Shown here in pieces: positions 17,747-26,579 of a stretch of DNA of 44,125 bases. The translations under genes were made by a program, and so were the position numbers. Location: positions 1 to 44,125 of the IMG/VR virus record IMGVR_UViG_3300005804_000105; one strand, given 5' to 3'. Position 1 is the stretch's first letter, and each line of letters opens with the position of its first letter. The stretch comes from a virus. Lineage: Duplodnaviria; Caudoviricetes. The notes beneath the pieces are model-generated. The model was not told the DNA's origin, did not search any database, and worked only from the letters and a program-made list of their open reading frames with translations.

Positions 17747-18130
17747 TTATGCCTGGTCGTAAACGACTTTGATGGTGAACTGGATGGAATCGCCGACGCT
17801 GACGTTGATGGGATCAAAGGTCGCCCGAAGGTAAAGGTTACCCGAGGTGCTGGCATCAAAGAGGCCGGCTTCCGTGATGGCTGCACTGGTACTGGCAGCG
17901 GTCAGCGTCCCGATGACCTGATAGGTGTCACTCGTTGTATTGGTGGTTTGTTGAGTCGAGGTGCCGCTCACTCTGGCTTCTGCTCTGGGTGTTACGAGTG
18001 CAGTATTGGCTTCAGCGGCTACCGTGACGCCTGTACCCCAGTGGACCCAGTTGGGTTCGGTCCCGCTGCCTTTGATTCGGTTGGTCGTGATGGCCAGACC
18101 ATTATTGGTGACAACGACAACATCAACCAT
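17747..18130 (-). CDS. Small structural protein resembling the phage tail-collar fibre domain (candidate fibre subunit)
   Basis: VTNNGL..GTG.T.A....TAL..ITEAGLFDA...GNL..R..F..INV..GDSIQFT. Confidence 0.75.
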   Translation of the reverse strand: MVDVVVVTNNGLAITTNRIKGSGTEPNWVHWGTGVTVAAEANTALVTPRAEARVSGTSTQQTTNTTSDTYQVIGTLTAASTSAAITEAGLFDASTSGNLYLRATFDPINVSVGDSIQFTIKVVYDQA

Positions 18131-18285
18131 TATTTACGCCCCCTTTTAAGGTTTTTGAAGAACAGTGAAATCCCATTTTCTTTTGAAGTGTCAGCAATAA
18201 CACCATGATCTTCTTTAGTGCCGTCCGCTTTGATGACGACCGCTTCTATCGTGACGTTTTTGACGCCGCCTTTTGCTGTGAACAT
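18130..18285 (-). CDS. Small hypothetical protein, 51 aa (MFTAKGGVKNVTIEAVVIKADGTKEDHGVIADTSKENGISLFFKNLKRGRK)
   Basis: Translated by hand; RBS AAAGGGG; TAATG stop/start overlap with the next gene. Confidence 0.7.
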   Translation of the reverse strand: MFTAKGGVKNVTIEAVVIKADGTKEDHGVIADTSKENGISLFFKNLKRGRK

Positions 18286-18320
18286 TTTTTTGCCCCTTTC
18301 ACTTAACGATTAATGAAATT

Positions 18321-18542
18321 CTATTCACTTTCCATGAGGCCTGCTGACCTCAATTTAGCGAGTAAACCGTTAAAATCAATCACCAGTGCGGCTATCGTCG
18401 ATGCAACGCTATCGGCTTGGTACGCGGCTGGGCTAATTGGGGTACCGCCAAGTATCAGCTGGGCACCATTTTCAATTTCAATCGTCCCGCCAATCACCGT
18501 CTTTTCGCCGCCCTGTTCTGTATAGTTCTTTACGTTACTCAT
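18321..18542 (-). CDS. Head fibre / decoration-like protein
   Basis: KNYTEQGGEKTVIGG..QADS.A..DFN.LLAKL..AGLM motif; directly after capsid gene. Confidence 0.8.
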   Translation of the reverse strand: MSNVKNYTEQGGEKTVIGGTIEIENGAQLILGGTPISPAAYQADSVASTIAALVIDFNGLLAKLRSAGLMESE

Positions 18543-18552
18543 CTTTCATCAC

Positions 18553-19752
18553 CTACGCATGCTGCTGAAGCACTTTGATCGCTTCAGAGAGAATGAGTTT
18601 ACCATCGACGCGCTGAGTGGCTTTAAATCCAACCTGACCTGTCACGGCAAAAAGTTCATTGAGTCGCTGGAAGGACCGACCCTGACGATCGGCGATCCAG
18701 TAGTAGGAGAAGTCACCAAAGGCAACGGTTTTGGCAGTGGCGGCTATTGTCGGCACAAAGTAGGAGGTTTTCACCGGTTTATTGAGGATGGTGTCTGGTT
18801 CGCCGACTCTTACAGATGGCTGCCACAGGTACAGTCCATTACCGTCTTTAAGCTTTCTGATCTCTTTGATGGTGGCATCATTGGTGATAAACATCGCATT
18901 TTTTCTGTAAGGTGATTTCAGAGAATAGTAGAGGTCGATCAGTTCATCGAACTTAATCGAGCCTGCAAGGGCACTTGTAACGCCCACGTCGGCCCCACCT
19001 GTGGTGTTAAAGATCCCTACCGGCTTACCGGTGCCGTTGCCGGTAAAGAAGGCTTCTTCCTCTTTCGTACCGATCCTGCGGGCGAATTCCTTCGCGATAT
19101 AGGCCTGAAGGTTAAAGATACTGTCATTCAGCAGTTCTTCAGAGACTTTGATGATGGTCCCGAGCTTATGCGCCCCCAGGGAGACCTGGCCAAAGGCATC
19201 ATCGGACTCTGGAATTGGGGCTTCTTCATCCACCCAGGAGGCTGTGCCTTTTGAGGCCACCACTGGAATCTTACGATCACCTGAGGAGGTGCGAATGACC
19301 GTTGCCAGGCTTCTAAAGATGTTTTCTTCAAGAAGCGCTTCAATCAGCGTCGCTTCGAATTCATCCGGCACGAGGTAGCCGCCTTCAGAGTCTGTGCCGA
19401 CCTGGAGGGCGTTCTGGACGTCAAAACTGTTTTTATCCTTCATCGCACGCCAGAAAGCGGACTTGTATTCATCACTGGCGCGGCCTGTTTTTTCTTTTCT
19501 TTGCCGTTCAGGTCGAGAGGTAATCGGATCCGTAACCGGTTTTGATAGCTCCATTTCGATTTGTTGCTGACGCTCCAGTCGCTCGATTTCTTTACCGAGA
19601 TTAACGACGTCCGCTTCCATCTTTTCATAAATGACTGCATCATCTTTCGAAATCTGGCCGGACTCATCGCGCTTTGTGTCAAGGAAGGCCTTGGCCTCTT
19701 CCCATACTTTTGCCCGTTTTTCTCTGAGTTCTAAAGTTTTATTCATGCACAT
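18553..19752 (-). CDS. Major capsid protein, HK97 fold
   Basis: Coiled-coil delta domain; GTDSEGGYLVPDEF, KVSEELLNDS, FGDFSYY, RVDGKL. Confidence 0.96.
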   Translation of the reverse strand: MCMNKTLELREKRAKVWEEAKAFLDTKRDESGQISKDDAVIYEKMEADVVNLGKEIERLERQQQIEMELSKPVTDPITSRPERQRKEKTGRASDEYKSAFWRAMKDKNSFDVQNALQVGTDSEGGYLVPDEFEATLIEALLEENIFRSLATVIRTSSGDRKIPVVASKGTASWVDEEAPIPESDDAFGQVSLGAHKLGTIIKVSEELLNDSIFNLQAYIAKEFARRIGTKEEEAFFTGNGTGKPVGIFNTTGGADVGVTSALAGSIKFDELIDLYYSLKSPYRKNAMFITNDATIKEIRKLKDGNGLYLWQPSVRVGEPDTILNKPVKTSYFVPTIAATAKTVAFGDFSYYWIADRQGRSFQRLNELFAVTGQVGFKATQRVDGKLILSEAIKVLQQHA

Positions 19753-19758
19753 GTCCTC

Positions 19759-20469
19759 CTAAGGTTTAATAAGGTTCAGTCGCTTTTCAAGTGACTCGAC
19801 GGCAATGGTTTCTGGTAGCTTGATTTCAACTTCAGGCTTCTTTTCTTCTTTTGGCAGCCTTTTCATCAGAGAATTGATGGCGGTCATTTTACTGAAGATC
19901 ATGCCTTCGTCCGGCATCATTTCGGTTTCTGATTCAAAGAGCATGCCGTCGGCAAAGCCCAGTTCGATGGCTTTCTTTGCATTGAACCAGCTTTCTGCAT
20001 CCATGAGATGGGAGAGTTTCGTCCTTGAGAGTCCGGTTTTAATCTCATAAGAATTTAAGATGCTCTCTTTGACTTCACTGAGCATCCCGATGGCCTTGTG
20101 CATTTCCTCGGTGTCTCCAAAGGCAAGGGTCATCGGATTATGGATCATCATGAGTGCCACCGGTGACATGAGCACCTCAGATCCTGCCATGGCGATGACC
20201 GAGGCGGCGCTTGCGGCAATACCATCAATCTTGACGGTGACATGGCCTTTATAGTCCATGAGCATGTTGTAAATTTGACTGGCCGCGAAGACATCTCCGC
20301 CTGGGGAATTGATCCAGATGGTAATATCGCCTTCACCACTGAGTAGCTCAGCCCTGAACTGTTTTGGCGTCACCTCATCGCCATACCAGGTTTCTTCGGC
20401 GATAGGACCATCTAGAAAGAGGGTTCTACCGTTTTCATTGATCTGCCAGTTCCAAAACGTCTTTTTCAC
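19759..20469 (-). CDS. Head maturation protease, ClpP-like
   Basis: WINSPGGDV, GIAASAASVIAMAG, MMIHNP. Confidence 0.95.
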   Translation of the reverse strand: MKKTFWNWQINENGRTLFLDGPIAEETWYGDEVTPKQFRAELLSGEGDITIWINSPGGDVFAASQIYNMLMDYKGHVTVKIDGIAASAASVIAMAGSEVLMSPVALMMIHNPMTLAFGDTEEMHKAIGMLSEVKESILNSYEIKTGLSRTKLSHLMDAESWFNAKKAIELGFADGMLFESETEMMPDEGMIFSKMTAINSLMKRLPKEEKKPEVEIKLPETIAVESLEKRLNLIKP

Positions 20470-21691
20470 TCACTTCACCTTCCGTTTCATATTTTTTGCT
20501 GAAGAGCCCTGCATCTTGGAGTTTCGTCATATTGCCATTAATCAAAAATAAATTCCCGCCAAATTCGTCTGGGATGCGGTTAAGGTCTTCGAGCTCCCTG
20601 ATGTCATTGGCTGAGAGCCATCCGTTTTGTCGGCCAACAGCATAACCATTCATACGACTCTGATAATCGCCACGAAGTAAGCCATCCAAGTTGTATTTGA
20701 TAAAGTACTCCTGCTTTTCTTTTTCAGTCAGTAGGGCTCTTTGCAGGGACATTTCCCACCTGACGACCCAAGGGTCCAGGGTATATTTCACGTATTCAAG
20801 GGACTGCTGCTCTATATTAGAAAAGCTAGACTTCTCAAGGTCCCCAATCATATGGGGTGGGATCCTGAAAATTCTAGCGATTTCATTGAGTTGATATTTT
20901 CTTGTGGCAATGAACTGAGCTTGCTCAGGTGGAATGCTAATGGGCTGAAACTTCATGCCTTCTTCAAGGACTGCGATCCGATGCGCATTTGCAGAGCCTT
21001 GATACACTTCGTTCCAGCTGTCTCTGATGCGCTTTGGATCCTTGACGACGCCGGGGTGCTCTAGGACGCCGCCAGGACTAGCACCATTTGAAAAGAATCT
21101 AGCGCCATATTCTTCTGTGGCTATGGCCATACCGATGGCATTCTTGGCCATAGCTATGGGTGAATAACCGACAAGGCCGTCAAAGCCAAGGCCGGGGATA
21201 TGCAGGACTTCTTCTTTTCTGAGGATGATGCTGCCTGATTCCTTATGGTATTCGTAGAAAAGTTCACCCCTTGAGGTCCGGTCCACTGTCATCCGATCTG
21301 GGAGCAGGGGATAGAGTGAAACGACATTGCCTCTTCCATCACGAATGATCTGGGCATAGGCATTTCCCCATAATAAAAGATGACTCATCAGTGTTTCTCT
21401 AAACACAAATGAAGTCATCTCGGAGTTTGGCTCGTCATGAAGGAGTTTGTATAGCCGATGCTGTAGGGCTTTTTCTTTACCATTTTCAGAATGTCGGTAG
21501 ATGTGGAGGGGCAGACTTGCGACGGTTTCAGCGAGGATTCTGACGCAGGCATAGACGGCAGTGGTTTGCATGGCTGTTTTTTCGTTGACGGTTTTACCGC
21601 TGGTCGTGCTGCCAAATAGGAAGGAAAACCCACCAGTCAGATAGTTCTTTGGTTTATCCCTTGAATGAAATAATCCTGATAAAAAGCTCAA
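20435..21691 (-). CDS. Portal protein, HK97 family
   Basis: AVYACVRILAE..ASLP, LLLWGNAYA, GLVGYSPI, EIARIFRIPPHMIG. Confidence 0.96.
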   Translation of the reverse strand: MSFLSGLFHSRDKPKNYLTGGFSFLFGSTTSGKTVNEKTAMQTTAVYACVRILAETVASLPLHIYRHSENGKEKALQHRLYKLLHDEPNSEMTSFVFRETLMSHLLLWGNAYAQIIRDGRGNVVSLYPLLPDRMTVDRTSRGELFYEYHKESGSIILRKEEVLHIPGLGFDGLVGYSPIAMAKNAIGMAIATEEYGARFFSNGASPGGVLEHPGVVKDPKRIRDSWNEVYQGSANAHRIAVLEEGMKFQPISIPPEQAQFIATRKYQLNEIARIFRIPPHMIGDLEKSSFSNIEQQSLEYVKYTLDPWVVRWEMSLQRALLTEKEKQEYFIKYNLDGLLRGDYQSRMNGYAVGRQNGWLSANDIRELEDLNRIPDEFGGNLFLINGNMTKLQDAGLFSKKYETEGEVSEKDVLELADQ

Positions 21692-21891
21692 TATCTTTCA
21701 CCTCTCTATTTCGCTTTTTCGATCAAAAAGAAATAACAGTTGGTTTTTGACTTTGTTAGTTCACAGAGTGAGAATTCGAAGTGTTAACTTGCGATTCACA
21801 ATTTGTCAAAATCAGAACAAATAGTGCACAATACATGCGGCTTCTGCATATTTCATTGACGTTTTTGTGCATAAGCGAGGCAGTGGTAAAA

Positions 21892-24543
21892 CTATATACT
21901 CAAAATGCCTCGAACATCGTAGACACTTCCATCAACATTGCTTCCACATCTTAATGCTCTATCTAGTGCCATAATTGTTGCTACAGCACCGTCAATGCGT
22001 TCGGTGCTTTTTTCTTTGTCCGGCTTAACGTTACCCGCTGGATCAGTCTTGATGAAGATATTGTCCATCATCCATCGGAGGACAGGATGGCCCCCGTGTG
22101 CTATCTTTTCTTCAAGGGTTAATTTCATCAGTTCCTTAGTTGGCGGAGACATATCCTTGAAACCTTGACCAAAGGGGACAACAGTAAATCCGAGACCCTC
22201 CAGGTTCTGAACCATCTGCACCGCGCCCCAGCGATCAAAGGCAATCTCGCGAATGTTATACTGCTCGCCAAGGCTTTCAATGAACTTCTCAATGAATCCA
22301 TAGTGGACTACATTACCTTCAGTGGTCAGCAGAAACCCTTGCTTCTCCCATAGATCATACTGAACATGGTCCCGCCGTACCCGAAGAGCGATATTATCTT
22401 CCGGCATCCAGAAGAAGGGGAGAACCTGAAATTTATCGTTCTCATCCACCGGAGGGAAGACCAGCACAAAGGCAGTGATATCTGTAGTGGAGGAGAGGTC
22501 AAGACCGCCATAACAGACACGGCCCTCTAGATCATTAGGTGAAATAGGGAATGCACAGGCATCCCACCTGGCCATTGGCATCCAGCGCACAGCCTGTTTG
22601 ACCCACTGGTTTAATCTAAGCTGACGAAAGCTATTTTCTTCAGACGGTGTTTGCTTTGCAGATTCAAAGGCAGCTCTCACTTTATCGATACCGACTGTAA
22701 TTCCAAGGCTGGGATTGGCTTTCTTCCATACCTTTGGGTCCGTCCAGTCCTCATCTTCTTTCGCACCATAAATGACAGGGTAGAAGGTGGGGTCGCGTTT
22801 TCGGCCTTCCAGGATGTCGAGAGCTTTTTGATGTGTTTCGAAGCAGATGCTATTTTGATCGGTGCCAGCTGTCGTGATCAGAAAAAATAACGGCTGTGTC
22901 CGAGCATCACCAGAACCTTTCGTCATGACATCAAAAAGCTTTCGGTTGGGCTGGGTATGCAGCTCATCAAAGACAACGCCATGAATGTTAAAGCCGTGCT
23001 TTGAGTAAGCTTCAGCGGATAGGACTTGATAAAAGCTATTTGTCGGTAGATAAATGATCCTTTTAGTAGAAGCAAGAATCTTGACCCGGCGATTAAGCGC
23101 AGGACACATGCGGACCATATCGGCTGCAACTTCAAAGACAATGGATGCCTGCTGGCGATCTGCGGCACATCCATAGACTTCTGCGCGCTCTTCACCATCA
23201 CCACAGGTGAGCAGCAGGGCAATAGCTGCGGCAAGCTCACTGTTATGTGTTGGCAAAAAAGAACGCCCTATTAAATATTGATGAGATGGACTGTCAACTT
23301 GTATGCACTGCATACCTCGATTTTCAATAGGTTCTATTTTATCAATGTATCTAAAATGACTTCTTGTTCTTTTATTTCGCCTTACATCATTTTTCTGTTT
23401 TCTTTGTAGTCCGAAAATTATCGTATCGTCAAAGGCAGTGAACCGCACATAATATAAAGTTCTACCTGTTGGACTTCTACCACATTCAGAACTCTTCTTT
23501 GACCAATCATTGCGCTGCGTTGATACCGCCTCAGAAATAGCATTTTTGATTCCGAGACTCCACAACAATTCACTGACGCTTTCGGATAAGGCTTTCTCCG
23601 TAGAACAATAACTTGCTTGACCTTGATCTTTGCAAATAGTTCCATCAGAATCCATCAAACCTTGTAATAGTCTGAGCCTATCTTGTTTGCTTGCACGTAG
23701 ATATTCAATTGGTATGACCTTATCGAGAAAACTATTCAGTAAAACCTGTTTCAAAGCAGGTATTCTAACTACGATGCTATCTCCAGTGTTCTCCCATGCG
23801 TTTGACACCTCATAGAAGCAAATAATATTTTTTAGAACACCAGCAATATCCTCGGTTTTGATTGTTATCTCTGGCTTTACAGCATTTCCATTTCCAAGCC
23901 AATATCCCATTAGGTATGGCTCTATTGGAAGTTTAGCAGAATCAACATTAATGTATTGTGCAATTGGTATTCTGAAACGAAATGAGTTGCCCTCTTTAGG
24001 TAATCGATAAAGTTCGCCTGTGGTCATAATACATTTTTTAGTCTTACCCCTTGTATACTCACCTTGCCACTCGTGATTTTCACCCGCCTCAATAACTTCT
24101 CCGTCCTTAAATGTGATTCTATAAGCTTGTTCGTCATAATCGACTTTACTTTTTGCTACAACGTGACACGTGTTTCCTTTTTCATCAAATAAAGCATCCC
24201 CCACTTTAATTTCTCCCATAGTCGCATAACCTTTAGGTGTGGGAATAATCGTGTCTAATGCTACTTGTTTGCCCATTTTCTTTGGGATCTCAATATATGC
24301 CGTATTAAACTGTCTATAGCCACTTGGCTTAAGGACACCGAATAGGTCCCTTACGATTTGTTCCTGCCAGTCGATGAGTTCAAAGGGCTTACCTGCCCAG
24401 CTGCCTTTGGTATGGGAAAGCGCTTCGATGAATGCAACCGCATAGTTGGCAGCATCTTTGTCGTAAGTACTGTCACTCGCCATAAAGCTGGTAGGTTTAA
24501 ATTTCTTCAACTTACGCATCGGTTGAAAAGCGCTCCTTTCCAA
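21892..24543 (-). CDS. terL: Terminase large subunit containing an intein
   Basis: EIPKKMGK/SELAA Walker A interrupted; VVFDELH Walker B; GGLDLSS nuclease; IDGAVA. Start probably ATG at 24519. Confidence 0.96.
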   Translation of the reverse strand: MERSAFQPMRKLKKFKPTSFMASDSTYDKDAANYAVAFIEALSHTKGSWAGKPFELIDWQEQIVRDLFGVLKPSGYRQFNTAYIEIPKKMGKQVALDTIIPTPKGYATMGEIKVGDALFDEKGNTCHVVAKSKVDYDEQAYRITFKDGEVIEAGENHEWQGEYTRGKTKKCIMTTGELYRLPKEGNSFRFRIPIAQYINVDSAKLPIEPYLMGYWLGNGNAVKPEITIKTEDIAGVLKNIICFYEVSNAWENTGDSIVVRIPALKQVLLNSFLDKVIPIEYLRASKQDRLRLLQGLMDSDGTICKDQGQASYCSTEKALSESVSELLWSLGIKNAISEAVSTQRNDWSKKSSECGRSPTGRTLYYVRFTAFDDTIIFGLQRKQKNDVRRNKRTRSHFRYIDKIEPIENRGMQCIQVDSPSHQYLIGRSFLPTHNSELAAAIALLLTCGDGEERAEVYGCAADRQQASIVFEVAADMVRMCPALNRRVKILASTKRIIYLPTNSFYQVLSAEAYSKHGFNIHGVVFDELHTQPNRKLFDVMTKGSGDARTQPLFFLITTAGTDQNSICFETHQKALDILEGRKRDPTFYPVIYGAKEDEDWTDPKVWKKANPSLGITVGIDKVRAAFESAKQTPSEENSFRQLRLNQWVKQAVRWMPMARWDACAFPISPNDLEGRVCYGGLDLSSTTDITAFVLVFPPVDENDKFQVLPFFWMPEDNIALRVRRDHVQYDLWEKQGFLLTTEGNVVHYGFIEKFIESLGEQYNIREIAFDRWGAVQMVQNLEGLGFTVVPFGQGFKDMSPPTKELMKLTLEEKIAHGGHPVLRWMMDNIFIKTDPAGNVKPDKEKSTERIDGAVATIMALDRALRCGSNVDGSVYDVRGILSI
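23242..24267 (-). mobile_element. 342-aa class 3 intein with LAGLIDADG endonuclease domain
   Basis: Starts QVALDTIIPTP, ends LPTHN before Ser+1; NHEW, MQCIQV and PTHN give the W-C-T triplet; LMGYWLGNG and LQGLMDSDG motifs. Confidence 0.92.
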
Positions 24544-24553
24544 AAAAAGACAT

Positions 24554-24582
24554 AAGAAAAGAGCTTCGAGTTCGAAGCCCTT
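24554..24582 (-). terminator. Intrinsic terminator between the 70-aa gene and terL
   Basis: Minus strand AAGGGCTTCGA-AC-TCGAAGCTCTT then TTCTT. Confidence 0.6.
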
Positions 24583-24599
24583 GATTTAGTGTTATTCGA

Positions 24600-24812
24600 T
24601 TAGTTGTACATTTTGAGTAGCTTCTCATAGACCTCGATAACTTCTATATCCCTAGGGTAGACGTCCCAACCTCGGTCAAAGTTGACGAGGATTTTGTTAT
24701 TCTTACGAATAAGCATCTTAGAAATTTTACCTTCGGATATCCCGAAGACGGAACCAATTTCAAAGTGTTTTATCTGAAATTCAAACCCATTAAGCTTACC
24801 ATTTGTCCACAT
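24600..24812 (-). CDS. Conserved small phage accessory protein
   Basis: MW..G......KHF..GS.FGI..GKISK......NFDRGWD pattern; own RBS, promoter motif and terminator. Confidence 0.75.
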   Translation of the reverse strand: MWTNGKLNGFEFQIKHFEIGSVFGISEGKISKMLIRKNNKILVNFDRGWDVYPRDIEVIEVYEKLLKMYN

Positions 24813-24843
24813 AATTCTGACCTCCGTGATTATCTTTGGTTAT

Positions 24844-24877
24844 TACATATATCACTCGTATCGGAGGTAATAGCAAG
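24844..24877 (-). promoter_or_regulatory. Conserved 34-bp promoter-like motif, copy 2
   Basis: Plus strand TACATATATCACTC-gtatcggaggt-AATAGCAAG. Confidence 0.7.
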
Positions 24878-24916
24878 TTGTATTTTACATTATTTTCATT
24901 AAAGATTCATTTTCCA

Positions 24917-24945
24917 TTGATTTGGGAATTGGATTAAGATACCAT
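24917..24945 (+). promoter_or_regulatory. Putative sigmaA promoter of the abrB-like gene
   Basis: TTGATT-17 nt-TACCAT upstream of RBS AAAGGAG. Confidence 0.5.
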
Positions 24946-24977
24946 TAGATACATATTAAAGTTAAAGGAGCGGTTCA

Positions 24978-25226
24978 ATGAAATCGGCTGGTATTATCAG
25001 ACAAGTAGACGAACTAGGCCAAGTCGTACTCCCCATCGAACTTAGAAAGCAGTTTGGAATCATGGAAAAAGGTTATCTTGAAGTATTCATCGAGGATGAC
25101 ATCATGACCCTAAAGAAATGCACGCCTCACTGTTCGCGCTGTGATAAGACCAAGGATATCATTAAAATCAAAGATAAATTCTATTGTTATGAGTGCATCA
25201 AACATATGAAAGAAGCAGGCGTTTAA
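24978..25226 (+). CDS. abrB: AbrB-family transition-state regulator homologue with C-terminal CxxC..CxxC
   Basis: MKSAGIIRQVDELGQVVLPIELRK aligns with the AbrB N-terminus; CSRC, CYEC. Confidence 0.88.
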   Translation: MKSAGIIRQVDELGQVVLPIELRKQFGIMEKGYLEVFIEDDIMTLKKCTPHCSRCDKTKDIIKIKDKFYCYECIKHMKEAGV

Positions 25227-25240
25227 GCCTGCTTTTATTA
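25214..25240. terminator. Hairpin terminator between convergent genes
   Basis: AAGCAGGC-GTTTAA-GCCTGCTT followed by T-rich run. Confidence 0.65.
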
Positions 25241-25588
25241 TTTTTCAAGTGCAACATACCTCGGATAGTCGTACCCTTCTGAATTTATAAGGAGCTTTTC
25301 ACCTGTTGATAGGTTTATAACCCTAATACATCTGAGTTCCCCGTCTTTGATTGGGCCACCATCTTCGTTGGTGATCCATGGCTGATCCTTGAGTAGATCT
25401 GTTGTGAGTTCTTTATAGTCTAAATCACTAAGGATGACTTCTTTTGTAACGACATAATCTTCAGGTGAAAATCCGTCCTTCATTGCTAAAGCAGTGAGTT
25501 CACATAGTTCGTCAATATCCGATATTTTTCTGCCAAACAGCGCTTTCACTGTAAGGGCCTCCTTCATAATATAGCTGGTATGACACAT
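25238..25588 (-). CDS. Conserved hypothetical phage protein
   Basis: KALFGRK..DLLKDQPWI..NSEGYDYPRY; co-oriented with the DUF4314 gene. Confidence 0.7.
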   Translation of the reverse strand: MCHTSYIMKEALTVKALFGRKISDIDELCELTALAMKDGFSPEDYVVTKEVILSDLDYKELTTDLLKDQPWITNEDGGPIKDGELRCIRVINLSTGEKLLINSEGYDYPRYVALEK

Positions 25589-25601
25589 TGGTTTACTTGT
25601 T

Positions 25602-25832
25602 TTAGTCCATGATTATCTTAACGGTGTCTTCGCCGTAAACCACTCCAAGTGTAGATCCGTTGTCCCAGTTGCTGAAAATCGTTCCAATATCATCTATGAA
25701 CTCGACAGTACCCTGATCACCAGGCTTTAGATTTGAGTATGGATCATTCATGCTTACTAGTTCGATTCTTGTGCCACGCGGATATTGACTGCGAAGGCGA
25801 CTGACAATGTCTCTTGAAGGAAATTTATTCAT
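25602..25832 (-). CDS. DUF4314-like protein
   Basis: YPRGTRIELVSMNDPY..G..GTV..IDD.G.....WDNGS.L....GED. Confidence 0.85.
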   Translation of the reverse strand: MNKFPSRDIVSRLRSQYPRGTRIELVSMNDPYSNLKPGDQGTVEFIDDIGTIFSNWDNGSTLGVVYGEDTVKIIMD

Positions 25833-26514
25833 GATTGACCTCGCTTATTAAATCTTGATCATCTTTAAGTGGATGAGCGTTATTTGCATAAGCTGAGCTG
25901 CCAGTAAGGTTACGAAGTAGAATCTTTCTGGCCAGCTTATACTCATCTCCCACAAATCCAAGACGGATCAGAAACACCCTGAATGTAAATTTTTCGTTGT
26001 CGACAACTCTCTCTCGCGCTGTGACCTTTCTTTGTTCTTTTGCAGCAGTGCAGAGTGCACTAATGAATTGAGAATAGGCAGCCACTTCATCGCTCGTGGC
26101 AGGAAACTTAAACCAAGGGAATTTGAGCGTGGCCTCTGTTCTTTCAATGGCAAGTTCCGCTGCACCGAGCGCTTTTTTGATCAGGCTTGCCTTACTTGAT
26201 ATGAGCTTATCAAGCTTCGCAATACTTTCCCCGGTGAACCCCTCAAGTGGCATCTCGATGCTGAGCTTGTTCATCATTTCGGATTCATCAAAATCAAACC
26301 CTCTTTCTGATAGGCCTGTTAGAACTTTGCTGACCAGGTCGCTGTCCGCTGTGACAGGGAAGAGGAGGGTGCCGCTTTTGTCAATGGAAAAGTCACCGAC
26401 GTCATATGAAAATGTAGGTGCACCTTTGTAGATAATTGATTTACCAACAAGTTCACCAATGGCTGTGACGAGTTCCTTTCGATTTATACCCGATACGTTA
26501 AAATTTATTTCCAT
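25825..26514 (-). CDS. Conserved phage protein often annotated 'virulence-related protein'
   Basis: RKELV.AI....YKGAPTF.Y; NEKFTFRVFLIRLGF.G.EYK..RK.LL.NL.G. Confidence 0.8.
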   Translation of the reverse strand: MEINFNVSGINRKELVTAIGELVGKSIIYKGAPTFSYDVGDFSIDKSGTLLFPVTADSDLVSKVLTGLSERGFDFDESEMMNKLSIEMPLEGFTGESIAKLDKLISSKASLIKKALGAAELAIERTEATLKFPWFKFPATSDEVAAYSQFISALCTAAKEQRKVTARERVVDNEKFTFRVFLIRLGFVGDEYKLARKILLRNLTGSSAYANNAHPLKDDQDLISEVNHE

Positions 26515-26545
26515 AACCCTAAGCCTCCTTCGCTTCTTTGGTTAG

Positions 26546-26579
26546 TACATATATCACTCACAAGCTTGGGAATAGCAAG
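26546..26579 (-). promoter_or_regulatory. Conserved 34-bp promoter-like motif, copy 3
   Basis: Plus strand TACATATATCACTC-acaagcttggg-AATAGCAAG. Confidence 0.7.

Noticed and set aside
24912-24934. AbrB TGGNA/TNCCA binding box in the abrB promoter
   Set aside because: Half-sites are present but the spacing does not match the expected 5 bp, and such short motifs arise by chance
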